A stretch of DNA of 62,642 nucleotides, filler included, from Choristocarpus tenellus KU-1152 (Eukaryota; Protista; Phaeophyceae): the NCBI GenBank assembly GCA_964200185.2. It is 10 parts of 10 records of this genome, joined end to end, with 100 filler letters (N's around TTAATTAATTAA, not from the genome) between each part and the next. Parts side by side here need not be neighbours in the genome. Positions count along the whole stretch, not along the records: positions 38,976 to 43,657 come from CAXNAD020013481.1; positions 43,758 to 53,128 come from CAXNAD020003734.1; positions 53,229 to 57,384 come from CAXNAD020015936.1; 7 more parts are not named here. One strand, given 5' to 3'. Shown here in pieces: positions 39,712 to 54,176 of the stretch. Below the pieces are notes generated by a model. The model did no database searches, was not told where the DNA came from, and saw only the letters and a program-made list of their open reading frames with translations. Within the stretch, counting starts at the first letter, position 1. The number at the start of each line of letters is the position of its first letter. Both the position numbers and the translations under genes were made by a program.

Positions 39712-42700
39712 TTGTATTCCTCTGGCAGGCATAGGGCTGGCAGGAACCGGGGAGTCGATTGAAGTGGTTTAGTTAGTTGAGAGTACTACTACTGTAGCAA
39801 ATGGGAAGGACTTGAAGCACGCTGGTAGATTTTTTTTTCTTTTTTTCATGTATACTGTGAATAGCACAGTAGTGTGTTGTTAGCGGTTGTTCCATCAAAC
39901 CATCACCTCCTGTTGTTCACATGGTGCTGTTACTGCTGTTTGAAAAGAACACAATTATTATTGTAATACTGTTCTGCCTATCTAGGGCCAGGTGCATTGA
40001 TGAAGGTGCGTGTGTGTGTGTAGAAGTAATGCAAGATGTGTCATCCCTGGAGGGGGGGATCTATGGGGCTGCTGCTGTTGCTGTTGTTGCAGATAAGGTG
40101 GTGAAGAGTTGCAGACCAAATGAATCGAATGCTGTAATGCATCCCTTAACAAGGGAGTGGATTGCATCACCTTTTTTAGTGGAATGATCTCATTGTAAGC
40201 ACAAGAAAGGTCAATATAGAGGCAAGGTACAGTAGTAGTCATAGCATTCCTCAGTAAGATAGTGAGAACCAGTACTTGTTGTGTGAGATGAACCAACTCC
40301 CTCTTTTTTTCTAGTACATGTTGTATTTTCCAGTAATATTCTTTGTTCTTATGTGTGCCCTCTCTTTTTTGGACCACTATTATGAAAAATATAAGGAAGG
40401 TCGTCTTTGTTGTGATGATAACACCCTCCTTGCCTTCTTTCTGGTGCCTGCGTGTGTCTGTGCATAGACTTAAAGAGGCAGAAAAAGTAGTAGTGAGACA
40501 GCAAGGTGGAAAGTTGGGCTTCCCTGGGAGAGAAACAAAAATAGCCAATCAGAAATTTCCCCTCAAATTTCGGTTCCGGTTAATAAAAATAGAGATCTAA
40601 TCGAATCGTAGCGATTCACTCGATAAGATATGAATCACGACATTATTTTAGTAGTATTGTTGTGGTATCCAGCCAAGTCAGGATGGAGGGTTCCTCGGTG
40701 GGCAAGTTCGCACTCCAAGCCATATTTCCTACCCTATGTATTATTACCAAAATCTAAGCTATTACTTGGCTTCTTTAGTTCATCTTCAATTATTTCTTTT
40801 TTAGATAAAATCTCTTCTGGNNNNNNNNNNCTATAACATTTGCTCATTATAATTGTTCTCACTTGTATATTGCTTGCAGTGAGTTATTATAATTTATTAA
40901 TCAGCGTTACACTCTATTTCACTACTTGCATGCGAAATAATAGTGTGCGCAAAATTGATATTCCCCCTTCTTTCCACACACACAAAGTGACACCACAACT
41001 CACCGAAGACTCCTTCTGCAATCGGGTCAAGGTAAAGGAGAAGTACCCAGGTTTTGGGGCGTTTTGCGTTTTAGATCACCTTTCTTTTTCTTCTGCGATT
41101 CACCCGTATTTCTATGGATGAAGCTCCGAATTGATTCGAGGGCATTGATTTATCTGTTACTTGGAAATTCTCGACAGAATTAAAATAATTCCCTACTACA
41201 CGCATTTATTTGTACAAAATGCCAAAATTTGCAGATGTTTTTCAGCGTCCTAAAAATGTAACCCTGGGTACCTCTCGCTTACTTTGACTCATTTCTACAA
41301 AATGACGTCTTTGTTGCCCTTTCTCAGGATCCTTAAATACAACCCTGCCTACCTATCAATTGGTTTGACTCCTAGCTCGCCATACTTTCTCACTACTTGC
41401 TTACAACCCCAGGACAAAACTCAGGGCCCAGAGGCTAAAATACGCCTTATCATTTCATGTCTTCAGAAAGGGTAATCTGCTGAGTGTGTGCCTCAAGCCC
41501 ACAAAGCAACTCCCAAAATTTGAAAAAAAGCAGTGGGATTGATCTTCTTGACCTAAACCTGTCGGTGATGTCAATAATATTATAGTTGCTGCTTCCTGAT
41601 TGGTCAGCCGCACCGATGTTTATTTTTCACGGAACCCGTTGTGGCATTTGCTGGTAGCCTTTATTTAGCATCATTGTGTACACAAAAATGAGCCTCAAGA
41701 ATGCAGCCTCACTACTTGGAGAGGTCATACGATCAAAGACTGAGTTTTCCGCGTCATAATAATGAACATATATGTATGTGTGTGTGCAGACGTTAGTACT
41801 TCACTTGTCCAAGGTGGCGATAACCCTAACCTTTTCATCGCAGTTCTTTTGGTAGGGAAGCTAATCGGATGTGCCTGTTCCATTTCTTACAAGAGACCTA
41901 GCCAAGCAAGCAACCCCCACAAGGAGAGACGATCCCTATATATATGAACAAAGAAGGTTGCTGTTTTACACACATAATATATATTTTGTGTATATATATA
42001 ATGCAGGGATAATGTATGTGTTGCTAACAGCACACCCACCTCTAATGAGAGTGCAACAAGGCAGAGAGGTGGAAACCAGAAAGATCATTTCAAAGAAAGA
42101 AAGAAAAAGAAACATAAAAATAATCCTGTTTAACTCCTATATCTTACTGTTCGTATTCGGGGGTTTTTCGTGATCATTTTAAAACATAGTGCAAGATATA
42201 CTATGTATTAATTATATCTAGTATATATTTGTACGGCGTTTTGCCTTCTACACAGAGAACCACTTCTTCGATTTGGAGGTGTGGCACACCATATTTTCAT
42301 TGTTATTGCAATGATTCCTTGTTTCAAGAAAGATGGGGAAATCGATGGTAGGTCAAACATTTTTCCTTCATTAAGGTGTGGTCGTTGCTCTCCTTGAAGG
42401 ACTACTTACGCGAGCTTTTGACTCGCAAGTAAGCCAAACCCTAACCCTAACCCATGGAGCTCAAGAAAATGAAAACTTGTAAATTGAGATACAAATAGTA
42501 ACACTGCTATTTTTTATCCGTATTCAAACTGCTAAATCGATCCGCTTGATGTTCCTCACCATGTCATTTCTACCCTAATACGCCTAGTTAGCATCTATTC
42601 GTGCAGCATCCAATCGATCTTTTTCCAGTGACGGTTTGCCAAAAATATGCATTATCTGTCTCCAGTCACTGAGTTGGAACCCAGTATCCTGTAGCGCTGA

Positions 42701-43657
42701 AGTTCGAGTGCCTTGAGGAGTAGTGAAAAAACGTTCGTCATCAACAAATTAATTCAACCGTTTCATTTTTTCTCTACGTGCCCACCAGCGTTTTCTTGGG
42801 ATGCGATTGAAGGAGGGAAGGAAGGCACAATGAATGCAACCAACAACTTATGTTTTTGTGAGTATTGATTCTAACCCAAGCGAAGAAAAAAGGTTAACCG
42901 TAGCAGTGGCTGCCTTCATGCGAACTCTTCCCTCATTTTCAGTAGTAGTAAAAAAGGTCAACAGTAGTAGCAGCTACTTTCATGTGAACCCCTTCCTTAT
43001 TTCCAGAACACCTTCATTGTGCCAGTTTGGGAATGCACGGTCGTGGCTGTATGGGAACGGTTTTCTTGGAAATTTTGGCGTTTTCTTGTCTTCGAATTGC
43101 ACCTAGTATGCTTGATATGTGTACAAAAGGCCCTCATTTAGCAATAGCACGAACCTGAGCAATACAAAGATATGCAAGGTCTGTTGTGGACTGGACAACA
43201 CATCATATCAGTTGAGCGGCATTCCCCTTCCTTCCGGACTTGCCCATGGCGATGGCTCATGTGGTTTGTAGCAGACACCTCACTTCAACTTGCTCGTTCA
43301 GTTTCCGATCAGGTAGGTGCTGATTGGTGACTTCCCACACGCCAAAAATCATTGCCTTCCTTATTCAGCAATGGGCTACTGCAGTAGGAGGGAGCATTTA
43401 ATCCAGACGAGGTAACAGCATTGATTGGATGCTTCCCTCTCTAATCCCCACCCTTCTCAATACATACATTTTACACAGATCATGCTGTAAAAATAAAACA
43501 TGGAAGCTCCACTCTTCAAATAAGTTCATAGCTCGATACGCTGGTCCTGTGTCTGTCGTCTACCATGGTGTCCTAACTCAAGTATGGGGTCTTTGTTCGT
43601 TATGCCTTGGTTCCTGGGTGTCTCTTTGTCACCCTTGAACAGGGGATTCGCAAAATT

Positions 43658-43757
43658 NNNNNNNNNNNNNNNNNNNNNNNNNNNNNNNNNNNNNNNNNNN
43701 NTTAATTAATTAANNNNNNNNNNNNNNNNNNNNNNNNNNNNNNNNNNNNNNNNNNNN
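43658..43757. other. Artificial contig linker
   Basis: N44-TTAATTAATTAA-N44. Confidence 0.97.
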
Positions 43758-44152
43758 TACATAATGAGGAAATAATCGAGTTATTTACACACACAAGTCT
43801 TGGGAAAACCAGTTTCTTTAACATGTAGGATTCAAAGGTCGAACCTAGAAAGAGAGTCGAAAATTGTAAAACACCATGGAAATTGCATTCAAAACAGAAT
43901 ACATGAACGATACTAAGAAGTGAAGACACAAAAGCTATCATCAGGAGGGTGCATAGAACAGTTGGGGAAGGGAGGGGGGTGGTGTGGAGCTGCTCCATTG
44001 ATATGGCGAGTTGAAGCCCTCCCTCTATATTAGACTCCTTTTCAGTGAAATTTGGTTTCGATTACCCAAAGTCTATTAGGCAAACACTGTGGATTGTACA
44101 CCTCTACTATCTTATTTGCTGATAAATCACAAAAATGTGGATAATTTGAGGA

Positions 44153-44415
44153 GGACCCAAAGCCTTTAGTAGGGTAGAGCCGTGTCCGATCAGGATCATG
44201 AATTCAATGTTGTGATTTTGATTGGTTTTGGCTATCGTGTTCGTTAGCAAGTGTCAATTTCTTTGCTCCGGACACGCCTTTCATAGTCATACATATATTT
44301 TAGGAAACTCTATGTTCACACTTAAAACCGAAAAAGGGAAAAAAAAGTCTGTGGGAAGCCAAGACCCAAACGGACAAACAGGGCAAAACTCCTCTCTTCT
44401 TAAATGCTTCAACTC
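44153..44415 (+). mobile_element. MITE family B, diverged copy
   Basis: Matches the 59757 copy internally (agggtagagccg...ttttggctatcgtgtt...agacccaaacggacaaacagggcaaaactc). Confidence 0.75.
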
Positions 44416-45999
44416 AAGCTGACAAGGCTTCACTAGAACAACACGGTTTTCAGTGGACCCTCACACCAATAACAATTGTAAAAGTGTGTAAGGCAAGATA
44501 ATAGTTCTAAACGTTTCGGTAACCAGGTTCACGAACATGTGTGTTTGTCCATAGTTTCCTTATGGAGTGACCTGGAGGTAAGCAGCTAGGACCTCTCTCT
44601 ACCTACCTACCCCCTACCTTTGTGTCAAACCAGTTAAGAGGTAGGATAGTTTTCAATTCTTTGAATGCATATTAGAAAATCTAATACTAGTCGTAACCCA
44701 AACTTGTGCGTGAAAAACATCCCTGACCAGTCAAGGAAATATTCTACGAAATGTGGTGAAGGAGTATTGTGTGCACTGGGGGACCACAACCTCTCAAGGA
44801 TCCATCACCTTTCACTTTTTCACACTCATTTCCAAGAATCTAACTCCAACCCTAACCATTACTCTAAACCTAACCCTAGCCCTAAACTGTGTGTGAAAAA
44901 TAACCCTAGGAAGTGAAAAACATATGATGGTGGGGGTCCCCCAAGGGCAGTGGAGTCTCCCTAAAATAGGGGACCTCCCCTGTGCATTGCAACACCACAT
45001 GTAAGGGCCCTGCCAGACTAAGAAATTAAATAGATCACCTTCTGGGTCAACCATCCCCACCATATTGTCTTTTGAAATGGTTGGACTAGAGATTGAAGGG
45101 AAAGGGGGGTATGTCTAATGATACTTTCAAATGAGTATCCACTACCTAAGACCACACGCAGTGTAGAAGGCATTGGTTTCTTGTCTTACAAAATAATATC
45201 ATACTGTTGGTGCACAGGAAAGGGCCATTCTGTAACTAAATACCAACTCTGTAGTGGTGTTCATTGTATCCTCTTGTCTTGTGTGTGGAATGCAGCTTCC
45301 CTCATCATGCAATACATTTTTGTGATGTTCCTATGTACTCTAGGACTATTTCTTTGATCGACCTTTATCCCGTTTTTTTCCCAAGCTCCCAATTTACTGG
45401 ACAGCCGAAAAGGTATGTCTGGCATGATGGTATTGTAAATTTCACAAAAATGAAAGGAAAGAGATATTTTTGAGTAAAATCAATTGAGAGGTAGGCAGGT
45501 TTGCAACGGCAAAGTTTGGAACCTTTAGCATTCCAAGCTGTCTATCTTTCCCCCCCCATGCAATACACTCTATTTCATTATCTCTTGTGTACAGTAGTGT
45601 ACGTAAAATTTATATTCATTCCTCCTTTACACACACGAAGCGGTGTCCCCACAATTCAGAAAAGGCGCTTTCCACACTTGCACAACATGGCATATCTTTG
45701 CCCTTTCTCAGCATGTTAAGCTGTCCTTGACGATCTGTTGTCCCACACAACCAGTTATATTATTGTTTATTAGTTTGTATCACAGTTGAGAAGAGAGTGA
45801 TATACCTTCACTAGGTGGGGCTCACCAATCCTTGCATTGAATGACTCAGAATAACAAAAGACTCAACGGTTCTCTAGTACACATCAGAAACATTCCGATT
45901 CTAACATTCCGCCGATTACTTCTGGTCAAATACCCTAACCCTAAATATCCTGAATGTCCCGCATTATCTTCTGAGCGTACATAAGATAATACTTCAAAT

Positions 46000-48900
46000 C
46001 TTATTCTCACTAATGGTCAAGCAAAATCTTGACACACTCCCCTGCTCTGTCAATGCAGTGAGAATCAAATCAGTACAACAATAAAACCCAACTTGAAATC
46101 AACGTATCTTGTGAACTTAAAATCATAATCCCACACCTGGGCAAGCAAACTCTTGACACACTCCCCTGCTCTGTCCATTCATCATTAATCCAATGAACTC
46201 AACCTACACACTACCCCTTACTCACAGTGCATGATAATTCTAGTGTGGAACTCAAACACATTACCGTTCAGAGCCTTCGTGAACAATTCTCCATGTTGTT
46301 CGCCGGAGTTTACATACACAACCTGCGCCTTCCCCTCTTTCACTAGGTTTCTAACATAATGATATCTGATACCTAAATATTTTTCCTACCCCCTGAAGCT
46401 GTCTTCTCAGCCTACTTGATTGCCCCACTATTGTCTTCAAACAATCGTACACAATACTCGTGCACATTTGGCTCTAAAAAAATATTGGACTTGCTGCAGG
46501 AACACAACCTCTTCCGCCAAATGACACAATGACACATACTCGGTCTCAGTGGTAGATAAATCAGCAGTTTTCTGCATTTTTAACCACCAGCTCACACATG
46601 CACCCCCAAACATTGCCACGCCACCAGACACAGAAAATATCGAAATCACACAACTGGCGTAATCAGGATCAGCATTGCCAATGATTTGGTCCCTGGATGC
46701 ATTCCCGTAAAAACTGAAATCACCATAGGTCAATCCTCTACTGCTTGTCCTCAACAGATACCCAATAACTCTCTCAGCCCCCTTCCCATCCGTCACCATA
46801 TGGTTTACACACTGCATTGCTAGGCTCTTTACTGCAGATGTTGCATCAGACCTTGTCATGATTGATACCCACATTTACATACCACCAATCATAGATCCGT
46901 AGTTGTCTAGAATAGGTCCCTCCCGCTCCGTTCCCTTTCTCCTTGCAATCGTCCTACTCCCTCCTTGGACCTCTGAACTCTCCCTTTTTCATCCATCTGC
47001 CCCGGTCGAAAATGTAGTCCAAGCTTAATGAGTAAGTAAACTGAGTCTTTGAATGTCTCTTTTGTATGCCCATTTCCTCATCCACAGCCCCATTCCACAA
47101 AGACCACTCATCTGATTCCATTGCCTCTCGTATTTTCAATTCCCGCTCAATTCCAGGTAACTCCTCCATTAGTTCGCCCGGTTCAGATGTAGGGTCATTA
47201 TTTGGATCCACTTGTCGCAGCATTTTGTTCCTCACACTCCCCTGCTGTGACACTGGGTCCATACTGTCAATGTCAGTGTTCGACTGTTCATCTAAATCCC
47301 TTTTCTCCATCACCCCTATTGTATTTCCTGGTACCACAGGACTTAGCAGAGCGTTCTTAGAAGCATTTTGACTGGACTCATCTATAGTCCAACTCAGACC
47401 TGGTTCAACATCCTCAGCCATCAAACGCCCTACCCCAAAATCCATATGTGGGGACTCTAATTCTGCATTCGAACTTGTTGACCCTCCTGGATCAATAACT
47501 TCCCGTGCCATCTTTGGAGTGGGTCCCTCCCTTCCAACAATCCCTCCTGGGACTATGACATTCACTTCAACCCCCTCAGGGGAAAGCATCCACTTCGCTA
47601 CAGTATCATTCACTGATGTAGTAGTGTCGAACATCGATCCTCCACAATCGACATTGCCTCCACTCCCCTCTTGAGTGAGATCGACATCTCTAGCCCCAGC
47701 GTGGGTTAGGTCGATACCTCTGGTCTCATCCTGTGCGAAATCGACTCCTCTAGCACCCTCCTGGGCGAGATCATCAGATATCACAACCTCCTCCTCTGAC
47801 GTTGCGTTCATTCCAGTCGAGTCCATATAAACATCTTCCCCTTTACCGAAGCACAATTCTCGATCTCCTGTGGAATTGGATGCCTATGACCCTTGCCGAG
47901 TGGGCATCCTCGACAAGATGGCTCCCATGTTCCAGTTAACAAAATGTTCTGAGCCGAAAGCGTCTTTCCTGTCCAACCCCTGATGAACATCACCTAATCT
48001 CGTGTGCAGCTCATTCACATCCCTCGACGCAGTTTTCCGGACCAAGTTAATTCTTGGTTTGCCGGAAACGGACGTTGCATCAGTGGTAGGGACATTAGTA
48101 GAATCGGAGCCATTCCTCACATCCACTCTGGGCATCCCTAGGGAGAATAATTCCTTCTCCCCCAATGATGTGAAGGTGAGATTTCTTTCCCCGTTGCCCC
48201 TAAAAGTAGAGATTCTAGTGGAGTCTACAGACCGGAAACTGTGACCATCTCACATGCAAGCCTTAGCTGAATATAAGTTCACACAAGATCAGGCACCACA
48301 AGTACGTTAGTAAACACCACAGTCTCCAGTTTACCACTCAGAAAACATTCCAATTTGATGTCCCCCTTTCCCACAATGTCAAGTGTTCCACCACCTCCAA
48401 CTGCAACTGTTCCATCACAAGATTCCCAATTAAACATGTTTTTATTGGTCGTCGTAAAATTATGTGTAGCTCCACTGTCCCAAATCCAAACCTCAACCCA
48501 TGATGGCCTCTTGAAAGGAAGCGATTTTACTTTACTAGCAAGATAACTCACTTGATTGGTTACTGAAAACCCCGCCAGTCTTGGTTGTCCATTGCCAGCA
48601 TCCAACTTTGATCCGTTTCCCTTGTTCTTAGAACCATTCCCCCCCATCCGATTCTTCTTCTTCTGGATGTTTGAAGATTCCAGATCCCTTGATGCTCCCA
48701 ATTTTCTTTGTGTGGAAATTCGAAGCTTTGATGTCCTTTTTCCCCGCATACAAAACATGTAATACCCCCATCACTCGCCTTCTGTTTCTTGATGAAAGGA
48801 CACTTAGATCGGACGTGAGGTCCACCACACTCCCAGCAACTGGATTGTCCACCATTTCGTCTGGATTGCCGTCCAGCCACCAGTGCACCAGCTCTCACCC

Positions 48901-49870
48901 CAGCCGAGTCCGACTCTCTTTGAATGGAGCGCAGTCTATATCTTTTAGGACTAATCTTTCCAATTTAATCCTTCCTTCCACCAACTCCTCATCTATCTGG
49001 GACATGATGTCCAGATACTCCTCGCCAAGTGAATTTTGTAACCAACCCACTCGATCTTCTTCTGTGACAGTACCTCCCAAGCTCTTTAACTCCATTATAA
49101 GAGCCTCGTGCTGGTTGATAATATTAGCAGGATCTCCCCCAGGTTCCAGCACCATGTCCACCAATTGCCTTTTCACCAGATTTCTCTCAGTCTGGCCTGA
49201 ATGGGCATAGTTCTTCACCAGCGCGGCGAATGCCTCATTCGGTGACTCGTACGTCAGCACGATGTCCAACGCACGTCCTGCCGTTGCCTCCTGCAGTCCA
49301 TTGTTAGCATATAACAGTATGTTCGTGAGATCAGGAACGGATTATGAGACAAGGAATAAGAAATATTTCGAAACCATTCAGGTGGCAAGGAGGTCTCACC
49401 ATGCACACCTTGGTAACAACGCACAGAGTAGATACATGCTCCGGAATCGTCTATGTGAACGTCGCGGACTTGCCTCCGGACGATAGCATCTCCATTCCCG
49501 CATAGAATGAAAGTGGTGCCTCGGTCGAACTTGGCATTGGATATGTCTCCACGTCTTCGTTGTCTTGAGAAGCGAACAGGGATCCCGCCAAGAGATTGTC
49601 GATTGGATTCCACAGTGAATCTCTAGTATTGACCAGGGAGGATGGTATAGGTATCGTTGAGGTTGTTATGACGAAGGTGCGTGAAGTCAGGGTCAACGAT
49701 AGCCGGAAGGGGACGACACGGGGACCCGGTTGAACAGGAGATCAATCACGTTTTTTGTGTTGATGGGGTTGGGGTGGCAGGTTAGACCTTGAAGACCACC
49801 GTGTGAGAAACAGACAGTGTTGATAGGGATAATTGTTGTTTGGCGGAGTTTCGTGCCCACGGTAATATGA
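46000..49870 (-). mobile_element. Ty1/copia LTR retrotransposon relic, frameshifted and internally deleted
   Basis: Copia domain order on the minus strand: gag (49269-48895), Zn knuckles CWECGGPHVRSKC and CFVCGEKGHQ, protease WIWDSGATHNFT, pre-integrase LHTRLG...CRGCPLGKGHR, RT start EAMESDEWSLWNGAVDEEM, RT end TRSDATSAV, RNase H ADPDYA...LSTTETEY...IRYHYVRNLV...FTKAL. Polypurine tract GAGTAAGGGGTAG at 46223-46211 is followed by TG. Boundaries approximate. Confidence 0.92.
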
Positions 49871-49984
49871 ACAAAAAACAAACACTAGTAATGAGAAACT
49901 TGAAGGGAAAAAAATCTACACAGAATAATGTCATTTATAATACAATATTATGAAATTCTCCAACATACGTGATTATTATGTTTC

Positions 49985-50068
49985 AAAATAATTGGATGTT
50001 TTTATTTGGCATGGAAAAATGGACCCCAAATGGATGGCTGGCACCCCCTCCCCCAGATACTTTGAGCC
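49985..50068 (-). mobile_element. MITE family A half copy
   Basis: catggaaaaatggaccccaaatggatggctggcaccccctcccccagatactttgagcc. Confidence 0.75.
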
Positions 50069-50544
50069 TGTCCCCATGATCATAGATTTCACTTCCGTCA
50101 CAAAAAACAAAACATGCCTTCAGTAGCCTCAACACTCATCACAAGAACGCCTCCTTGTCTGTGGGGACCGTAACATGCAGGGTCTCCTGCATACAATACG
50201 AAAGTATTGTTATTGGAGCTGAATATATATTTCCATGGATATTTTAATACAAAACAAAATGTCTTGGAATAAATTTGGAAAAATTACATTAGAGCTCTAT
50301 ACATTGAATACACGCAAATGGTTCATTTATGTATGAGGGAAAGATTGTCAAAGAAGATTATTAGAGACAGTTGGTTGAGGGAAAGATTGTCAATTGTTAA
50401 GACTTCTACCATGTACAGGGAACAAGAATGTTCTCCTTACCGATACTGAATTTAAAACTATCATTTTTAATACTTCTTGTTCTTAGTACAAACACTACAA
50501 TATTCATACCACAAAGAATATTCCAAGATTGTTCCAAGCCGAAG

Positions 50545-50790
50545 AAACTTAAAAGGTCTACGTCCATTTCGGGGACAAAATCCAATGTTGCGATTTTTAT
50601 GTAATTTTGGCTATCGTGTTTGTTAGGAAGTGTCCATATCCTTGTGCCGGACACAGCTTTTCGTAACATACATACATTTTACTCCCGAAATATTTCGGAG
50701 TAGGAAAATGTCATAATAAGACCTCATTAAACGCCAAACTTCCAATAGACAAACTTTGCAAAACTTGTACCCTCTAAGATACTTTCACTC
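50545..50790 (+). mobile_element. MITE family B copy
   Basis: Internal match to the family; 3' TIR taccctctaagatactttcactc. Confidence 0.82.
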
Positions 50791-51408
50791 TTCCTCAAAC
50801 CCTCTCACATATACTACTCTCAAGATATACCCAGGGGCAGAGAAGAAAAAGAGAGTAAACCCCAAAATTGGAGCCATCCAATCGTGGAGGGGATCAACTT
50901 AGACCCTTCCCTTTTGACTACTTGAGGTTTTTGAAAACTTCTGCATGGCACGCTATTCCCGTCCCTAAAATATAGCACTATACCAGCTCTGTTAAAAGAT
51001 TCTTCACCAACGCCAACCTGCTGCCCCGTCCGGTTTTAAGTCTCTCTGACCACCCAGGAATTGTCCTGATAAACACACCCTACCAAGGCTATCGGCATGG
51101 TATGGCGACTTTGCCCAATCCAGTGAAAATTCCTACTTGTAAAACTCCGTGATTCATAGACACATGACTCCAGAGCACACCTAAAATATATGTAAATATC
51201 AACATCAACATCCTTGGGTATCTGGCTAGGTAGGTAGGTAGGTAGGTAGGTAAGGAGACAGTTTTAACCCCAGAGCAATGAACAATAAGAAACAAATTGT
51301 GGCTAATCGTCTTCACCTCAGGAGTAAACTCCTATTATTTTATTGTGTTGTACACTATCCGCTAACTACAATTGCGCCGTTCTTAAATCGTGGGTGAAAG
51401 TATATTCT

Positions 51409-51560
51409 GAGTGAAAGTATCTTAGAGGGCACGAGATTTGCCCTGTTTGTCCATTTGGGACTTGGCTTCCCATGCTTTCTTTATTACATTTTCCTACTCC
51501 AAAATGTTTTGGGGTAGGTAAAATGTACATGTTATGAATAAGGTTTGTCCGGAACAAAGA
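51409..51560 (-). mobile_element. MITE family B partial copy, reverse orientation
   Basis: gagtgaaagtatcttagaggg...ccctgtttgtccatttgggacttggcttccc. Confidence 0.8.
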
Positions 51561-53095
51561 TATAGAAAAAAAAATCCTCTGTTAACAATATTGTCACCTT
51601 TACTTCATACATCAATATATGTGTGCTGGCCGTTTTGAGTACTTTCAAGGTAAGTTTAATATTGGGTAGTGATGGGTACCTTCCAATAACATACTAGGAT
51701 TTTCTGTTACAATATATATACATATATGTACATACTTATAAGTTGAGAGTTAAGGACACCTCACGGTTTTTAAATTGAGGTTCAACGACATTCCTGTTTT
51801 AAAGATTGAGGGCTTAGGGCCCAACCTCGACGTGTTACACTTTCAAAAACGAAACCGTTGAGTAATTGAGCACATCGAAGTATTGAGTAATCTTTCAGGT
51901 CTTTCCACACTTTCCCCAACAATTGATCACTTCTCATACGTCACACCCAGATAATCAAACACAGAGTGGTGGTGGCCTGTTTGTGTTGGCACCAATATCT
52001 ATCCGCGACTGGTACTACTGTTCTGCTTATGAAAGAGTTGCTCCTAACAATATTGAAGTCAAGTAAGGACTTCACCCACAGCCCAGAGGAGCGTGAGCTG
52101 GCGCCATAAGCATGAGTCTTATTATTCAAAGGATCCATGAAGTTGATGTCGCCAGGTCAGTTGTCTCCTGTATCTTGAGTGAAGTGTTGGCATAGTAGGT
52201 CTTCCACCTCACTTGAGGCCCACAAGTTGGCAGCGAGTCTGGTAGGGTTAATCCCCCAACCAGCTTTTGTGTTTCATGGCCGGATGGATGAAGGATCACT
52301 CCGTTGCATCGCTTGAAAAGTGGATTGTGGTGGTTCAGTCCTTGAGCAGACTCAATATTGTGGACACTTCCATTGACCCATGCTCACCCTTTCCCTCCCC
52401 CTTCCACCGTTTCTGGGCCTGCCGTGATGCAGAAAGGTAAGTCCTATTGTGTTAGAGGCAGGAACACGTCTGTCCCTACCCTATATGGGCAACAAATTGG
52501 ATATATGTGTTGGTAGGGTAGGGGCGGAGATCGCATGTGGGCTTTCTTGCCCCCGAGTGTAACGTTTTGGAGTCCCAGATGTGACAGGCATCCAGATTTA
52601 TCTTCCATTGTCCAGACTTTTGTTCGTGTATGATCATCATTGGTAGCGACGGCAATCCGGTCCGGGTTGACCTTTGGAGGATGACTGCTGTATGCACGTC
52701 AGCAGTGACGTAATAAAGACTTCAACCCACGGGGACTTGGCTTACTGTAAGCGACTTGCTGGCTTTGTTGCCGTTGAATCATTACCGTGTGAAGAGCGCT
52801 GATCGAAGAAACCCACAGACCTGGACGTCCTGTGCATATGGGATAGGAAAGAGTTTCTCAACGGTAGAAGGAATTGCGCCTCTTTCATTCATCCAAAGTA
52901 TCAAATACCTTCGATAATGCAGACCGCTTTCCAAGAAGGATCTTGTGGGCGCATGAAAATCGAGATGTACCTGGATACCTGTGAGAAGGAATGCCCTGAG
53001 GCGTTCCTTCCTCCACCCACGGCCTAAAAGGCCTCGCATGATATCTCTTACCCTCAGCCTTTCCTTCCCCCGATGACCTACAACACAGGCTGATG

Positions 53096-53128
53096 GTATC
53101 TGGGGGGGAGGGAGGGGTCTACACTAGG
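53096..53128 (-). mobile_element. MITE family A fragment at contig end
   Basis: gtatctggggggg...ggggtctacactagg. Confidence 0.65.
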
Positions 53129-53228
53129 NNNNNNNNNNNNNNNNNNNNNNNNNNNNNNNNNNNNNNNNNNNNTTAATTAATTAANNNNNNNNNNNNNNNN
53201 NNNNNNNNNNNNNNNNNNNNNNNNNNNN
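53129..53228. other. Artificial contig linker
   Basis: N44-TTAATTAATTAA-N44. Confidence 0.97.
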
Positions 53229-53775
53229 CTTTATAGCTCAATTAAAAAACAAACAGAGGCTTTTATAGAATTACCGGAATGGACAAGGGGGGGGGGGGGG
53301 AGGTGTACGACCTCCGCAAAAAAGGAACTTGATTTTTCTTTATTTTTGTTGTTGGATGTAGATGGTTAGGGTTAGGGTTAGGGTTAGAGGAACGCACTGA
53401 TACCTGGAATGGAATGATAGGCGTAACCCAAGAAATTTCTCTGTTTTTTCAGAACTCTCTTTTTGGTGGATGATGTGGACACCCTGTGTGTGGTTTTCTA
53501 TTCTGTACCTTTTTTGTCGTTTTTTGTACCTTTTTTTGTCATGACATGTGTTCACTACGGATCATTGCAGATTCACAATGTTGACTTTCTCATTGGCATG
53601 TTGTGTATTCTCTCTGAGGTCCCCCCACCCCCCACCCCCCACCCCCACGACGGTGTGGTTGTGTGTTTGTTGCAGCAGTGGTTAACTTTTGTGCTTGATA
53701 GGATGGCAGAATGAGATTTGTTTGTAAGTTTTGTTCAACTGGAGTGACCACTAGCCTTAATGTGTATATTTACAA

Positions 53776-53877
53776 TATGTATACTATATGTATACTATGT
53801 GTATACTATGTGTATACTATGTGTATACTATGTGTATACTATGTGTATACTATGTGTATACTATATGTATACTATGT
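53776..53877. repeat. 11-bp minisatellite (GTATACTATGT)n, ~9 copies
   Basis: Read directly. Confidence 0.92.
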
Positions 53878-54176
53878 AAAGATAAGTCAGGAGTTTTGCG
53901 ATCTGAAATTTTTTGAGAGATGAGAAGGTGAATGGGACAAGGGTGGTAGGATTTTTAATTCAGGGGTGACTTTGAACTTTCAACTTGATGAGAGCAGGTA
54001 GGCCATCGGGGTATGTTGGATGTAAGAGAAGAAGACAGGCGTGTGTGTATGATGTTTTTTGATGTTTTTTGATGTTCAAAGCATGAAGTACAAAAGAGTT
54101 GTTGAGAGAGGATTTAATAGTGGTTTTAGAGAGAGGCACACAAGGTTTCAAGACTCTCTGCTCTCTTATCTGTGTG

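Noticed and set aside
42480-43310. Degenerate minus-strand coding fragments
   Set aside because: Multiple stops and no identifiable motif.
51940-53090. Possible LINE reverse-transcriptase remnant
   Set aside because: Only a faint resemblance and no diagnostic RT or endonuclease motif; it would need a profile search.
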